32,000 nt of DNA, taken from Candidatus Odinarchaeota archaeon. GTDB lineage: Archaea; Asgardarchaeota; Odinarchaeia; Odinarchaeales; Odinarchaeaceae. This document shows positions 8,582 to 17,051 of the stretch, in pieces (the first letter of the stretch is position 1; each line of letters starts with the position of its first letter). The notes beneath the pieces are model-generated. The model made no database searches, was not told the origin of the DNA, and saw only the letters and a list, made by a program, of their open reading frames with translations. The translations under genes and the position numbers were made by a program. The DNA is taken from the NCBI GenBank assembly GCA_038826135.1, contig JAWBON010000005.1, forward strand, positions 1 through 32,000, given 5' to 3'.

Positions 8582-9436
8582 TTGGCGAAGATACCGTTCG
8601 AGGATAACAGCCTAGAGTTTACTATGCTAATCCCATTCTACAGTCGTGTTATAAGAACAGTTTACGCTAATTCTGATTTCAAAGACTATTCGGCGCTGGA
8701 AATTTTTACTAAGATGAAATACGATTTTGAAAAAATAAAGAATAATTATGATGAAGCAGCTCACGTTTGCATTGAAGCCCGTACTAAAGCATTAGACTAT
8801 CTCGTAAGCAAGTATATTGAAAGAAAACCGTATGCTACTATTGTAAACATCGGGGCTGGTTTAGACACACCCTTCTTAAGGCTAGATAACGGTAAAATAT
8901 TATGGTATGATTTAGACCTGCCTGATGCGATCGAGCTTAGGAGAAAATTCGTAAAAGAAACAGATAGAAACAGGTTTATATCTAAGTCGATGTTCGATTA
9001 CAGCTGGTTCGATCAGATCAACTACAATCCTGAGAGAGGGATATTATTCGTAGCGAGCGGTGTGTTAATGTATTTCGATGAAGAAAAAGTGAAGGATTTT
9101 CTTAGAAAAATAGCCGAGCGTTTTCCTGGAGGGGAGATGGTTTTCGACGCTGTGACGTCGAAGATCGCGGCGATAGTGGCGAATAGAAGAATGAAAAAAT
9201 GCGGTAATAGAAAGGCAATGGTCTGTTGGTATGTTAAAAACTCTAAGATATTCAATATATGGGATAGTAGAATTATCTTGATAAAAATAATGAACTACTT
9301 TGATAGAATTCGAAAACGGTTAATCGCATCTACACTAACTAAATTGAAACTATACATATCACAAATTATTAACGCTATGAAATACTATCATCTCAAATTC
9401 TTAGACGGAAAAGAAAATCAGGAGTCATACTTGTAA
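8582..9436 (+). CDS. Class I SAM-dependent methyltransferase, LCM/TcmP-like family
   Basis: TMLIPFYSR, RT...D, IVNIGAGLDT, WYDLDLPD.IELR, SMFDYSW, SGVLMYF, FDAV. TTG start. Confidence 0.85.
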   Translation: MAKIPFEDNSLEFTMLIPFYSRVIRTVYANSDFKDYSALEIFTKMKYDFEKIKNNYDEAAHVCIEARTKALDYLVSKYIERKPYATIVNIGAGLDTPFLRLDNGKILWYDLDLPDAIELRRKFVKETDRNRFISKSMFDYSWFDQINYNPERGILFVASGVLMYFDEEKVKDFLRKIAERFPGGEMVFDAVTSKIAAIVANRRMKKCGNRKAMVCWYVKNSKIFNIWDSRIILIKIMNYFDRIRKRLIASTLTKLKLYISQIINAMKYYHLKFLDGKENQESYL

Positions 9437-9990
9437 AGCGTGACTCCGAACATAGAAAACCAGCTAGTAATCATTAAAGCAACAACGGTTTCAATTAAAG
9501 CCAATCCCGGTAGATTAATAAAAATCCATACCAATAAACTTATTAAAAGCACAATTAACCCGTACACTCCAAGCCTGAAATAATTTTTTTTAACTATGAA
9601 AATTATGCTCATAACTCCACATAGAAGAATTGAGAGAGCGAACGCTAGAAAAGCGAAAAAATAATGTATAAAACCGAAGCTGAGAGTGAACACACCGGCT
9701 AGAATATAAGAAATATTTGTAGCGAAAAATATGGCTCCAATTATTAAATATCTTAAAACATTTTTATTATAATTGATAAAGAAGATTGAGAATAAAACCC
9801 CTAGAAAACCGCCCCCGATCAAACCGGAATTAAATATATAACTAACTTCAGACACACCCAGTTCGCTTAGAAGACCATTATACCAGTTGAAGCTACTATG
9901 TAAAAACGCGGATATGAATATACTACCCCATATAAGTATCGAGCTGAGGGGTAGTAAGAGTGGGAAAAAACCTAAATTATTTTTACCCAT
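9418..9990 (-). CDS. DUF998-like multi-pass membrane protein
   Basis: About 5-6 hydrophobic helices; F.W...LSELG...S.IFNSGLI.GG; GVF......H...A motifs. Confidence 0.75.
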   Translation of the reverse strand: MGKNNLGFFPLLLPLSSILIWGSIFISAFLHSSFNWYNGLLSELGVSEVSYIFNSGLIGGGFLGVLFSIFFINYNKNVLRYLIIGAIFFATNISYILAGVFTLSFGFIHYFFAFLAFALSILLCGVMSIIFIVKKNYFRLGVYGLIVLLISLLVWIFINLPGLALIETVVALMITSWFSMFGVTLYKYDS

Positions 9991-10032
9991 AAAATTCCCT
10001 TAAAACTTATTACACAGCTATACGAATACAGA

Positions 10033-10323
10033 TCAGTCGCTAATAGTCTCCAAGATACTTACCGCGTTCCATATTTTTACACGCAGCCTTTAATAAGGCA
10101 GCTTTGTGCGAGCATGAAGCGGGCAGTTAGGATCTTGAGAGACCTCATCAAGTATGGAGATAGCGTTCGAAGCTCTTACCGCCATCCCATTAACCTTACT
10201 ATCGTTCAAAGCTGCAATAGATTCGCTTGCAGCCCTCCTTATATTTCTAGGCACGGAGGTATCTTCACTAATCATAGTCAGAACCTGTATCGCCTGCTTA
10301 GCTTTCTCCTCAGCAGTGGACAT
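10033..10323 (-). CDS. UPF0147 family protein, two exons (10323-10104 and 10076-10033), 87 aa after splicing
   Basis: Family motifs [14 protein letters not shown] and S.LDE.SQDPN.P.HART. The ORF track stops at TAA (10090), but the family-type tail [14 protein letters not shown] lies in the same frame 27 nt downstream, beyond a BHB hairpin. Confidence 0.9.
10077..10103 (-). other. 27-nt BHB-type intron in protein-coding gene UPF0147
   Basis: Minus strand: GCAC-AA^A-GCTGCCTT-ATTA-AAGGCTGC-GTGT-AA^A. It has a 4-bp central helix (GCAC/GTGT), two 3-nt AAA bulges and an 8-position intron stem (7 pairs, one U.U). Cutting after the 2nd bulge nt joins ACA A|AA ATA TGG = T-K-I-W. Confidence 0.85.
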
Positions 10324-10544
10324 TTATAAAACCTCCAATATTTTTCAAAGTAACGCTTAATATATAATATGTTATATAACAATTTTTAACTAAATAATGT
10401 ATTATTGAATAGTGAATTATACGATTTAAATCTTACCAAAAGATAACAAGCGAATAATTCTGGTAAATAGCGGTTAAAGGTTGAAAACAACATATTTTTA
10501 TCAAAATTAGTTTAATCTACAAATAGATTTTAGGAGAGTTAAAA

Positions 10545-11723
10545 ATGGTTGAAAATCTCAGTGAAAGCGAGATAAATAGTTTAATCCGTAAAATAAAGGA
10601 GAAAACCGCTCAAAGCCCTTTAGGGAAAATTGTAGTTATAGATGAAGTTGACCATCTCCTAATCATACCACCTAAACCGGATATAAAAAAAGTTTATGTG
10701 GAGTTAACTAATAAATGCAATTTAAACTGTCAAATGTGTATTAGAAGATCATGGTTAGAATCCCTAGAGGAAATGGGTTACGAAGATTATTTGAAATTAT
10801 TAGACCAGTTAACCGAGTTGCCTGAGCTGAAAACAATTGTTTTCGGCGGGCTGGGGGAGCCTACAATCCATCCTAAATTCAAAAAAATAGTTGAATCTAC
10901 AAGAAGCAGATTACCTGAAATTGAACTTGTTATGACCACTAACGGAACTATGATCGATAGGTTTCAAGACCTTATAATAGATAATTTCGATTACATGATT
11001 GTTTCAATAGACGCTGTTAGCGAAGATGTTTTTAAAGGTATAAGAGGCCCCCAGGCGGGTAAAGTTATAAATAATTTAAAAAACTTCGCCGAATACCGGA
11101 ATAAAATCAGGAAGTTCACTCCATGGATATGGGTCGAGTTTGTGGCTATGAGGCAGAATATAGAAGAACTCCCTAAACTATTAGCTATAGCTAAAGACCT
11201 GCAAATCAGTAGAATAATGATATCTAATATGCTACCTTACACACCCGATATGACAGCGGAGAGTTTATACCCCCACGCCGACCCTGAGGAAATATATAAG
11301 TGGATTCCAGTAGGCCCTGATCTTAAAAATTACATCCAGATCAATGTAGCGGACACTCGAATTAGAACGGAGAGAAGCTGCGCGTTCATTAAAAATAAAG
11401 CAGCCGTGATCACTGTAAACGGTGATGTAACTTCCTGCTATAATTTCGCTCACACATACCGCTCCTATATAAACGGTCATGAGAAAACCGTATACAAGTA
11501 TAGCTTCGGAAACATCCACAGTGAGAAACTAAAAGACATATGGATGAAAGAGGAGTACGTGAGATTTCGAAATAAAGTTTCAGATTTCAACTTCCCATCA
11601 TGCATAGATTGCCCGACAAGAGAAGGATGCTCATACGCTAATACTAATGAAGTGGATTGCTACGGTAACACCCCCTCCTGCGCGGAATGTTTGTGGAGCC
11701 GGGATATTGTAAGATGCCCTTAA
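10545..11723 (+). CDS. Radical SAM/SPASM protein, tungsten-cofactor oxidoreductase maturase type
   Basis: LIIPPKPD..KVYVELTNKCNLNCQMC, FGGLGEPTIHP, SPASM C.F, G.VTSC, C-terminal C.DCP...GC...DCYGN.PSC.ECLWSR..VRCP typical of the W-oxidoreductase maturase family. Confidence 0.8.
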   Translation: MVENLSESEINSLIRKIKEKTAQSPLGKIVVIDEVDHLLIIPPKPDIKKVYVELTNKCNLNCQMCIRRSWLESLEEMGYEDYLKLLDQLTELPELKTIVFGGLGEPTIHPKFKKIVESTRSRLPEIELVMTTNGTMIDRFQDLIIDNFDYMIVSIDAVSEDVFKGIRGPQAGKVINNLKNFAEYRNKIRKFTPWIWVEFVAMRQNIEELPKLLAIAKDLQISRIMISNMLPYTPDMTAESLYPHADPEEIYKWIPVGPDLKNYIQINVADTRIRTERSCAFIKNKAAVITVNGDVTSCYNFAHTYRSYINGHEKTVYKYSFGNIHSEKLKDIWMKEEYVRFRNKVSDFNFPSCIDCPTREGCSYANTNEVDCYGNTPSCAECLWSRDIVRCP

Positions 11724-11798
11724 ATTCCAGTAATCTACCAATAAAACTTAAATATTACTTTTTAGAAGCTTTCGTTTAGTAAGTTATCACCCTATAAG

Positions 11799-12074
11799 GT
11801 GGCATATATGGAGGACGTGGTTAAAACCGCTCAAGAATGCTATGATAAAGCATGCCTACTGTACGCTGCCAGAAAACTTGACGACGCTGAGAAAATGTTA
11901 AAAGACGCTTTAAAATACTATGAAACAGCTAGAAAAGGAAAAAACCAGTATAAAAAAGAGATCTCCGAAATCCTGAAATTATTAGGAGACATATACCATC
12001 TTAAAGGGGAAGAGGAGAAATCAAGAAACTATTATGAGAGAAGCCACAAAGTATGGGACTGGAATTTTCCGTAA
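11799..12074 (+). CDS. Small TPR-like helical protein
   Basis: A..YAARKLDDAEKMLKDAL and LGDIY...GEEEKS..YYERS TPR consensus. Start may be ATG 11808. Confidence 0.7.
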   Translation: MAYMEDVVKTAQECYDKACLLYAARKLDDAEKMLKDALKYYETARKGKNQYKKEISEILKLLGDIYHLKGEEEKSRNYYERSHKVWDWNFP

Positions 12075-12204
12075 TCTACTATTTACTATTTTAAAAAATC
12101 ACGAAGAGAGTTTACCTAACTATAAAGATTTTAATCAACGAAAATTAGGTGAATTAAATAATAAAAAAAAGGATTCAAGAATCCGAGAGCGAGTACGGTA
12201 TTTT

Positions 12205-12609
12205 TTAGTATTCTATTTTTCGTGGAAGTTTCTTAGCTTGTTCAATCCAGCTTTTAATTTCTTTAAGAGTTGGCGGTCTCCTCACTATTTTTCTAGCCTT
12301 GTTAAGCTCTAGTATCTTATTATGAAGATTCTCAGGATCCCTTTTAGACAATTCTCCAACCGCGTCAACCCCTGCCTCTTCAAGCAGATCGGAGTATTCA
12401 GGCCCGACACCTTTAATCCGGAAAAGATCCGCGTGATTAACCCATTCAAGAATTAAATTGTCAGCAATACCTGTCTTATTAGCAAGCTCTTTTCTACCAT
12501 TTCTTGTAGCCCCTACTTTAAGCAAGGTTTCAACTGTTTTAACACCAGCGTCACTGAGCTTTTTAGCATAGCTTGGCCCGATGCCTTCGATTTCAATTAT
12601 TTTAGTCAT
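12205..12609 (-). CDS. DUF4332 family tandem helix-hairpin-helix protein
   Basis: IEGIGPSYAKKL..AG..T, WVNHADLFRIKGVGPEYSDLLEEAGVD, RRPP......WIEQAK. ATG 12609 follows SD GGAGTGGT. Confidence 0.85.
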   Translation of the reverse strand: MTKIIEIEGIGPSYAKKLSDAGVKTVETLLKVGATRNGRKELANKTGIADNLILEWVNHADLFRIKGVGPEYSDLLEEAGVDAVGELSKRDPENLHNKILELNKARKIVRRPPTLKEIKSWIEQAKKLPRKIEY

Positions 12610-12635
12610 ATAAACCACTCCATTTAAGTTTTATA

Positions 12636-12657
12636 TATATACGTTATAACGTATATA
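12636..12657. promoter_or_regulatory. Perfect 22-bp palindrome (putative operator) upstream of the DUF4332 gene
   Basis: TATATACGTTATAACGTATATA, 27-48 nt upstream of the start codon. Confidence 0.5.
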
Positions 12658-12695
12658 CCTGTATAGTGAATATGCAAGCATCTTTTATATATGTG

Positions 12696-12728
12696 TTTCC
12701 CTAATAACAACGATGCTTTCCCTAATAA
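12696..12728. repeat. Two 12-bp direct repeats TTTCCCTAATAA with 21-bp period
   Basis: Copies at 12696-12707 and 12717-12728. Confidence 0.6.
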
Positions 12729-12779
12729 GCACTTTTTCCACCATTAAATAAAAGAAATAGTAACCGTTGAAATCAACAG

Positions 12780-12792
12780 AAAAAAAGAAAAA
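12780..12792 (-). terminator. Oligo-T terminator downstream of tRNA-Met
   Basis: Minus strand TTTTTCTTTTTTT about 13 nt after the encoded CCA; typical archaeal U-rich terminator. Confidence 0.55.
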
Positions 12793-12804
12793 TGCTTTCA
12801 TGAA

Positions 12805-12986
12805 TGGTGCCGAGGGCGGGATTTTCCTCCCGACGGTGAGCACCTTTCAGGTTTTGAACCCGCGACTTCCGTCAGCTTGAATTTTACTGTTTCCGGATCT
12901 CTTATTCGTCTGACCCCTTTTTAACAGACAGATTATGAGTCTCGCCTCTTTGAACCGGCGCTCTAACCAGGCTGAGCCACCTCGGC
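12805..12986 (-). tRNA. Elongator tRNA-Met(CAT) with four BHB-type introns; CCA encoded
   Basis: Exons 12986-12955, 12940-12934, 12898-12891, 12866-12853 and 12821-12805 join into a 78-nt cloverleaf: GCCGAGG TG GCTC AGCCTGGTTA GAGC G CCGGA CTCATAA TCCGG AAGTC GCGGG TTCAAAT CCCGC CCTCGGC A CCA. Introns are 14, 35, 24 and 31 nt at 30/31, 37/38, 45/46 and 59/60. Confidence 0.9.
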
Positions 12987-13136
12987 GTTCAGTGTTTGAA
13001 TTTTACTTTATTATGTTAATTAACTTTACGCTAAATAATTTTTTGCAGCGTGGGGGGAAATAGGTTTAACCGGTAATAGTTTGAAACAGAGGTTTTATTA
13101 AGGTTTTATAGCTCATATTTATTATTGGTGGTGTAA

Positions 13137-13781
13137 ATGGTTACTGTTAAATGGCTCGGCCACGCGTGTTTTGAGATTAAAGGGGATGTGACTGTGGTAA
13201 CCGACCCGCATGACGGTGTGAGTCTGGGGATTAAGCCGCCTCAATCTAAAGCTGATATCGTGTTAATAACTCACAGCCACTATGATCACGCTGATGGTTT
13301 ACCTCTTGTACGTAGAGATGACACTGTTGTTCTCAGAGAATTCGTGGGTGAGAGGAACGTTAAAGGCGTTAATGTGAGGGGGGTTAAGACCTTCCATGAT
13401 ACAAGTAAGGGTGCTCAACGCGGTTTGAATGTTATATATCTTTTTGAAATGGCTGGGATGAGATTTCTTCATCTAGGGGATTTAGGGCATGTTCTAGGAT
13501 CGGATATCGTGGAGTCTGTTAAACCGGTTGATGTGCTTTTTGTTCCAGTGGGGGGCACTTATACGCTAGATCATTCAGGCGCGACTAAGATCTATAATGA
13601 GATTAAACCGAGAATAACAATACCGATGCATTATAAAATAAGCGGGTTGAATCTTCCTTTAAGCTCAGTTGACACGTTTCTAGCCGGTAAAGCGGAGGCG
13701 AGACGTCTAGGAGTTAACTTCTTGGAGATTAGTAGGGAGAAGCTTCCTAAAACGAGTGAAATAATTGCTTTAACGGTATAA
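13137..13781 (+). CDS. Metallo-beta-lactamase-fold hydrolase (Lactamase_B_3-like)
   Basis: WLGHACF, TDP, ITHSHYDHAD (HxHxDH), HLGDLGH, PVGG, IPMHY. Confidence 0.9.
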   Translation: MVTVKWLGHACFEIKGDVTVVTDPHDGVSLGIKPPQSKADIVLITHSHYDHADGLPLVRRDDTVVLREFVGERNVKGVNVRGVKTFHDTSKGAQRGLNVIYLFEMAGMRFLHLGDLGHVLGSDIVESVKPVDVLFVPVGGTYTLDHSGATKIYNEIKPRITIPMHYKISGLNLPLSSVDTFLAGKAEARRLGVNFLEISREKLPKTSEIIALTV

Positions 13782-13851
13782 GAGGGCTATGTGTTAAAAT
13801 GGTTTAACAGGTTTGTTAAAGTTTCTGCGACACCGGGGTTAACTGTTAAAA

Positions 13852-14988
13852 CTACCATTTTTTATTCCACATTTCTCTGGCTAGGGTTCCTGTGTATTTG
13901 AATGAGTCAATTTTATTTTTAGCTTCCTGTCTTCTTTGCTGATGTTCTATTAGAAAATTGGTTAATTTCTCTACTAAGTAGTTTTTGCATTCCCCGCAGA
14001 TTAGTTTTCCTGATAGACACATATTTTCTCTGTTCTTAATTTTAGCATCATCTTCTTCTAGAAGCGTGTTTAACCATTGAAATACAGTGCATATATTAGG
14101 ATTTCCCCCTTTCTCCCTCTGCTCAACTATTGAGGGTTGACCGCCTGTGAATGCGTATTTGATTATTTTCTTTCGAACCGTTTCAGGTTTATCAGTAAGG
14201 TATATAGCGGTCTGTTCTTTAGAGGCGCTCATTTTACCTGTAGGTCCCTCTAATCCTGGTAAAAACTTGCTATGTATCGCAGCGGTTTTAGGGTATCCTA
14301 GTTTAGGAGCTATATCTCTTTGAATACGCCAATATGGGTCTTGATCTATAGCCGCCGGGATGAGGCATTGTTTTTCTAATAGGAAGCAGGGCATGGCTTG
14401 AACAGCTGGGAAGAATATTAAACCTATATTTGCCTCATTTTTGAATCCGAAAACGGCTTTAACAGTTGATAGAGTGATTTTTTTAGCTATTTTAACAGCT
14501 AGCGGATAGAAGTTCGTGTATTCGCTATCCTGGAATATGAATGTTAAATCAGGGTTAAACCCGCAAGCTATAATATCGCATGCGTTTTCAAAAGAGTATT
14601 TTCTAGTAGTTTCAAGCGTAAGCTCTTCTTTATAAAGGAATTTTTCATCATCCGTTATCTGTATTATAACAGGTGCCTTAAATTTATCTTGAAGCCATTT
14701 AACAAAAAGAAACGGGATCAGGTGGCCTATATGCATATGCCCGGTTGGGCCTCTACCAGTGTACAGGAAGAAGCCGTCTCCTTTTTTATAAGCTTCTAAA
14801 ACACGGGGCATATCTCTATGAGAGAAGAAGAACCCTCTTCTAAGCAAGGGATGAAGTTCACCGGTTACGCGCTCTATCTCCTTTAACAGTTCAGATGTTA
14901 TTCTCTCTGTTCCAAATTCCTGTATTAATTTATCATAATCTACGATACCTGTTACTTCCCATGGTGTAACCTGGAATTCTTGCGTCAT
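13852..14988 (-). CDS. trpS: Tryptophanyl-tRNA synthetase (archaeal/eukaryotic type)
   Basis: VTPWEV, DYDKLIQEFG, LYTGRGP, HIGH, TDDEK, AIDQDPY, KMSAS, AFTGG. Confidence 0.96.
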   Translation of the reverse strand: MTQEFQVTPWEVTGIVDYDKLIQEFGTERITSELLKEIERVTGELHPLLRRGFFFSHRDMPRVLEAYKKGDGFFLYTGRGPTGHMHIGHLIPFLFVKWLQDKFKAPVIIQITDDEKFLYKEELTLETTRKYSFENACDIIACGFNPDLTFIFQDSEYTNFYPLAVKIAKKITLSTVKAVFGFKNEANIGLIFFPAVQAMPCFLLEKQCLIPAAIDQDPYWRIQRDIAPKLGYPKTAAIHSKFLPGLEGPTGKMSASKEQTAIYLTDKPETVRKKIIKYAFTGGQPSIVEQREKGGNPNICTVFQWLNTLLEEDDAKIKNRENMCLSGKLICGECKNYLVEKLTNFLIEHQQRRQEAKNKIDSFKYTGTLAREMWNKKW

Positions 14989-15122
14989 TAAATTCCCTCT
15001 GTGTCTATATTTTTTTCAATTACTGTTAGAGAACATTATGAGTTATTCAATCAGATTAATATATTTTTACTCTATAAGGTTAAATATTTTAAAAATTCAA
15101 GATTAGTAAGCGGTGAACAGTG

Positions 15123-16316
15123 ATGAAGACGCGTAGAGTGTACTTTGCTCCTAACGGAATAGCTTTAGGCCATGCTGGTCGATGTATCCCAGCTGCTAAA
15201 AAACTTGTAAACAGAGGGGATAACGTTATTTTTTCAACGTACGGTGACGCTGTGGAATTTATTCGCGAAGCGGGTTTTAAAGTTTTAAAAAGCCCGCCGC
15301 TTAAATTCGAGGAGAGACCTGACGGCAGCGTGGCGATGCTTGAGACGAGTTTAAAATGGCCTATTCACATTACGACCTTTCTAAGACAGGTGAGAGGCGA
15401 GCTTGTTAATATTAAAAAATTTAAGCCTGATGTTATTGTATCAGATTCTAGACTTTCACCATTATTCGCAGGGAGACTTCTAGGCATCCCTAGATTATTA
15501 TTACTCCATCAGATAAGAATGCTAATACCGCATAGAAAAGAGTTAACACAGTTTCAGGAAAAGCTGAAGCGGTTAGGTGAAGATATAATAATGTATGACA
15601 CTAATATTTTCTGGAGCGCCAGCGATCGAATACTTGCCCCGGATTTCCCATTCCCGTATACGATAGCGAAGGATAATTTGAATGTTCCGGGTAAAATGCT
15701 TAGAAACGTTGAGTTTATCGGTCAAGTGATAAGTAAAAGACCTGAAGAACTCCCTGAAAAAGAGGATATTAGAAGAAAACTAGGTTTAGATGATAGACCT
15801 TTAATTTACGCGGGTGTTGCTGGAACGATGCTTGAGAGAACGATTCTTATAAAACTTCTGGAGGAGAATTTACCGAGACTCCCTGGTAAATACCAGGTTA
15901 TATTCACTAAGGGGATTCCAAGTAAACGTGAAACCCCGGTTTATGAAGATAAAAATATTAAAATTTTTAACTGGGTTAGTGACAGATACATGATACTTAA
16001 AGCAGCTGACCTGGTTATATCGCGAGCAGGGCATAATACTATAGCGGAGTGTTTTTACTACGGTAAACCCATGATACTTATACCAACTCCAACTCATACT
16101 GAGCATCAGGGAAACGCTAGATCCGTGCTTCAGATGGGTGTGGCTAAAGTATTACAGCAAAACGAGGTTAACTATCAAACCCTCCTTGAAAGTGTTGAAT
16201 ATGTTTTAAACAGTTCGCAGATAAACAGGAGAATACAGAGTATTCAGAGAGCTGTGTCAAAATTCAACGCTGTGAACACGATCATAGAGAGAATAGACCA
16301 GTATACTAATAATTAA
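15123..16316 (+). CDS. GT-B glycosyltransferase, family 28/MurG-like (MJ1255-type)
   Basis: NGIALGHAGR, PDVIVSD, ADLVISRAGHNTIAE...YGKP.ILIP, EHQGNA. Confidence 0.85.
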   Translation: MKTRRVYFAPNGIALGHAGRCIPAAKKLVNRGDNVIFSTYGDAVEFIREAGFKVLKSPPLKFEERPDGSVAMLETSLKWPIHITTFLRQVRGELVNIKKFKPDVIVSDSRLSPLFAGRLLGIPRLLLLHQIRMLIPHRKELTQFQEKLKRLGEDIIMYDTNIFWSASDRILAPDFPFPYTIAKDNLNVPGKMLRNVEFIGQVISKRPEELPEKEDIRRKLGLDDRPLIYAGVAGTMLERTILIKLLEENLPRLPGKYQVIFTKGIPSKRETPVYEDKNIKIFNWVSDRYMILKAADLVISRAGHNTIAECFYYGKPMILIPTPTHTEHQGNARSVLQMGVAKVLQQNEVNYQTLLESVEYVLNSSQINRRIQSIQRAVSKFNAVNTIIERIDQYTNN

Positions 16317-16320
16317 GGCT

Positions 16321-16971
16321 TTAACTGCATGTTGAATGAGATTTACCTTCTATTTCCCCACCGGGTACTTTCTCCGAGAATATTTGAGCTTGAAACTTAT
16401 AGATTTTAGTCTTAGCATCCAGCCAGCAGTCTGCTAGTAAACCCGCTTTCTGACAGCAGTGGGATAGGAATTCATTAGCATTCCAACCGTATTCAACAGC
16501 AACCTGGGGGAGAAGGAGCCCCGAATACATCCCAGCTTCAACTATTAAACCATCTTTACCTACACTGATGTGATCAGGGTATTCGCGGGGAGTGTTAGCG
16601 GTTATGAGCTCAGGTTTTGTTAGAACACTTATCTCTATAATTATTTTTTCAAGCTCTTCAAGTGTGACAGGCCCAGGCCCGTAAGGTGGATAGAACCGGT
16701 AGTCTTTGGTTGCAGCGCTAATAGCCGCCTTAATAGTTGCTTCAGTTAAAGGCAGATAAGGGTATGGGAACCCTATACACCCTCTCAGCTGCTTCTCTTT
16801 ACCTTCAATATTGTAAAGTGTAACGAAGACCCCCCGTTTCTCGGTTAAAATTTTAGAGGCTGAAGAGGGGGCTTTCATCTCTTTTTTAGTATTAAGATAC
16901 TCCTTTATAGCAGCCCTTGCAATTTTCATCAGGAACCGCCCATCATCTAAAGATAACAGCAATAACATCAC
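16321..16971 (-). CDS. AMMECR1-domain protein
   Basis: RGVFVTL, LRGCIG, IEISVLT, GLLLPQVAVEYGW, L...C.KAGL. Exact start is uncertain within the first few codons. Confidence 0.9.
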   Translation of the reverse strand: MMLLLLSLDDGRFLMKIARAAIKEYLNTKKEMKAPSSASKILTEKRGVFVTLYNIEGKEKQLRGCIGFPYPYLPLTEATIKAAISAATKDYRFYPPYGPGPVTLEELEKIIIEISVLTKPELITANTPREYPDHISVGKDGLIVEAGMYSGLLLPQVAVEYGWNANEFLSHCCQKAGLLADCWLDAKTKIYKFQAQIFSEKVPGGEIEGKSHSTCS

Positions 16972-17051
16972 CGCTAACTGAAATATTTTATAGCTTGGAT
17001 AATTATAGTTAAGATAATATGATTAAATAAAGTATTCGAAAAGGTTTCAGA

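Noticed and set aside
10090-10323. UPF0147 as a 77-aa truncated gene/pseudogene, or TAA read-through
   Set aside because: The downstream tail is intact and in frame, and the insert has exact BHB geometry. Read-through would leave 9 extra residues in the terminal helix. An intron explains the sequence better, though this is unproven.
10370-10381. Palindrome TGTTATATAACA as a ModE-like site for the W-cofactor maturase
   Set aside because: It is short, AT-rich and lacks the spaced two-half-site layout of ModE boxes, so chance is likely.
12805-12986. Assignment as initiator tRNA-Met or tRNA-Ile2(CAU), or as split/permuted tRNA pieces
   Set aside because: The acceptor starts G1-C2-C3, typical of archaeal elongator Met; the initiator has A1-U72 and Ile2 typically starts GGG. 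All exons are colinear in one locus.
16665-16705. Short insertion in AMMECR1 (DYRFYPPYGPGPV) as an intron
   Set aside because: I could not build a BHB fold with a paired intron stem.
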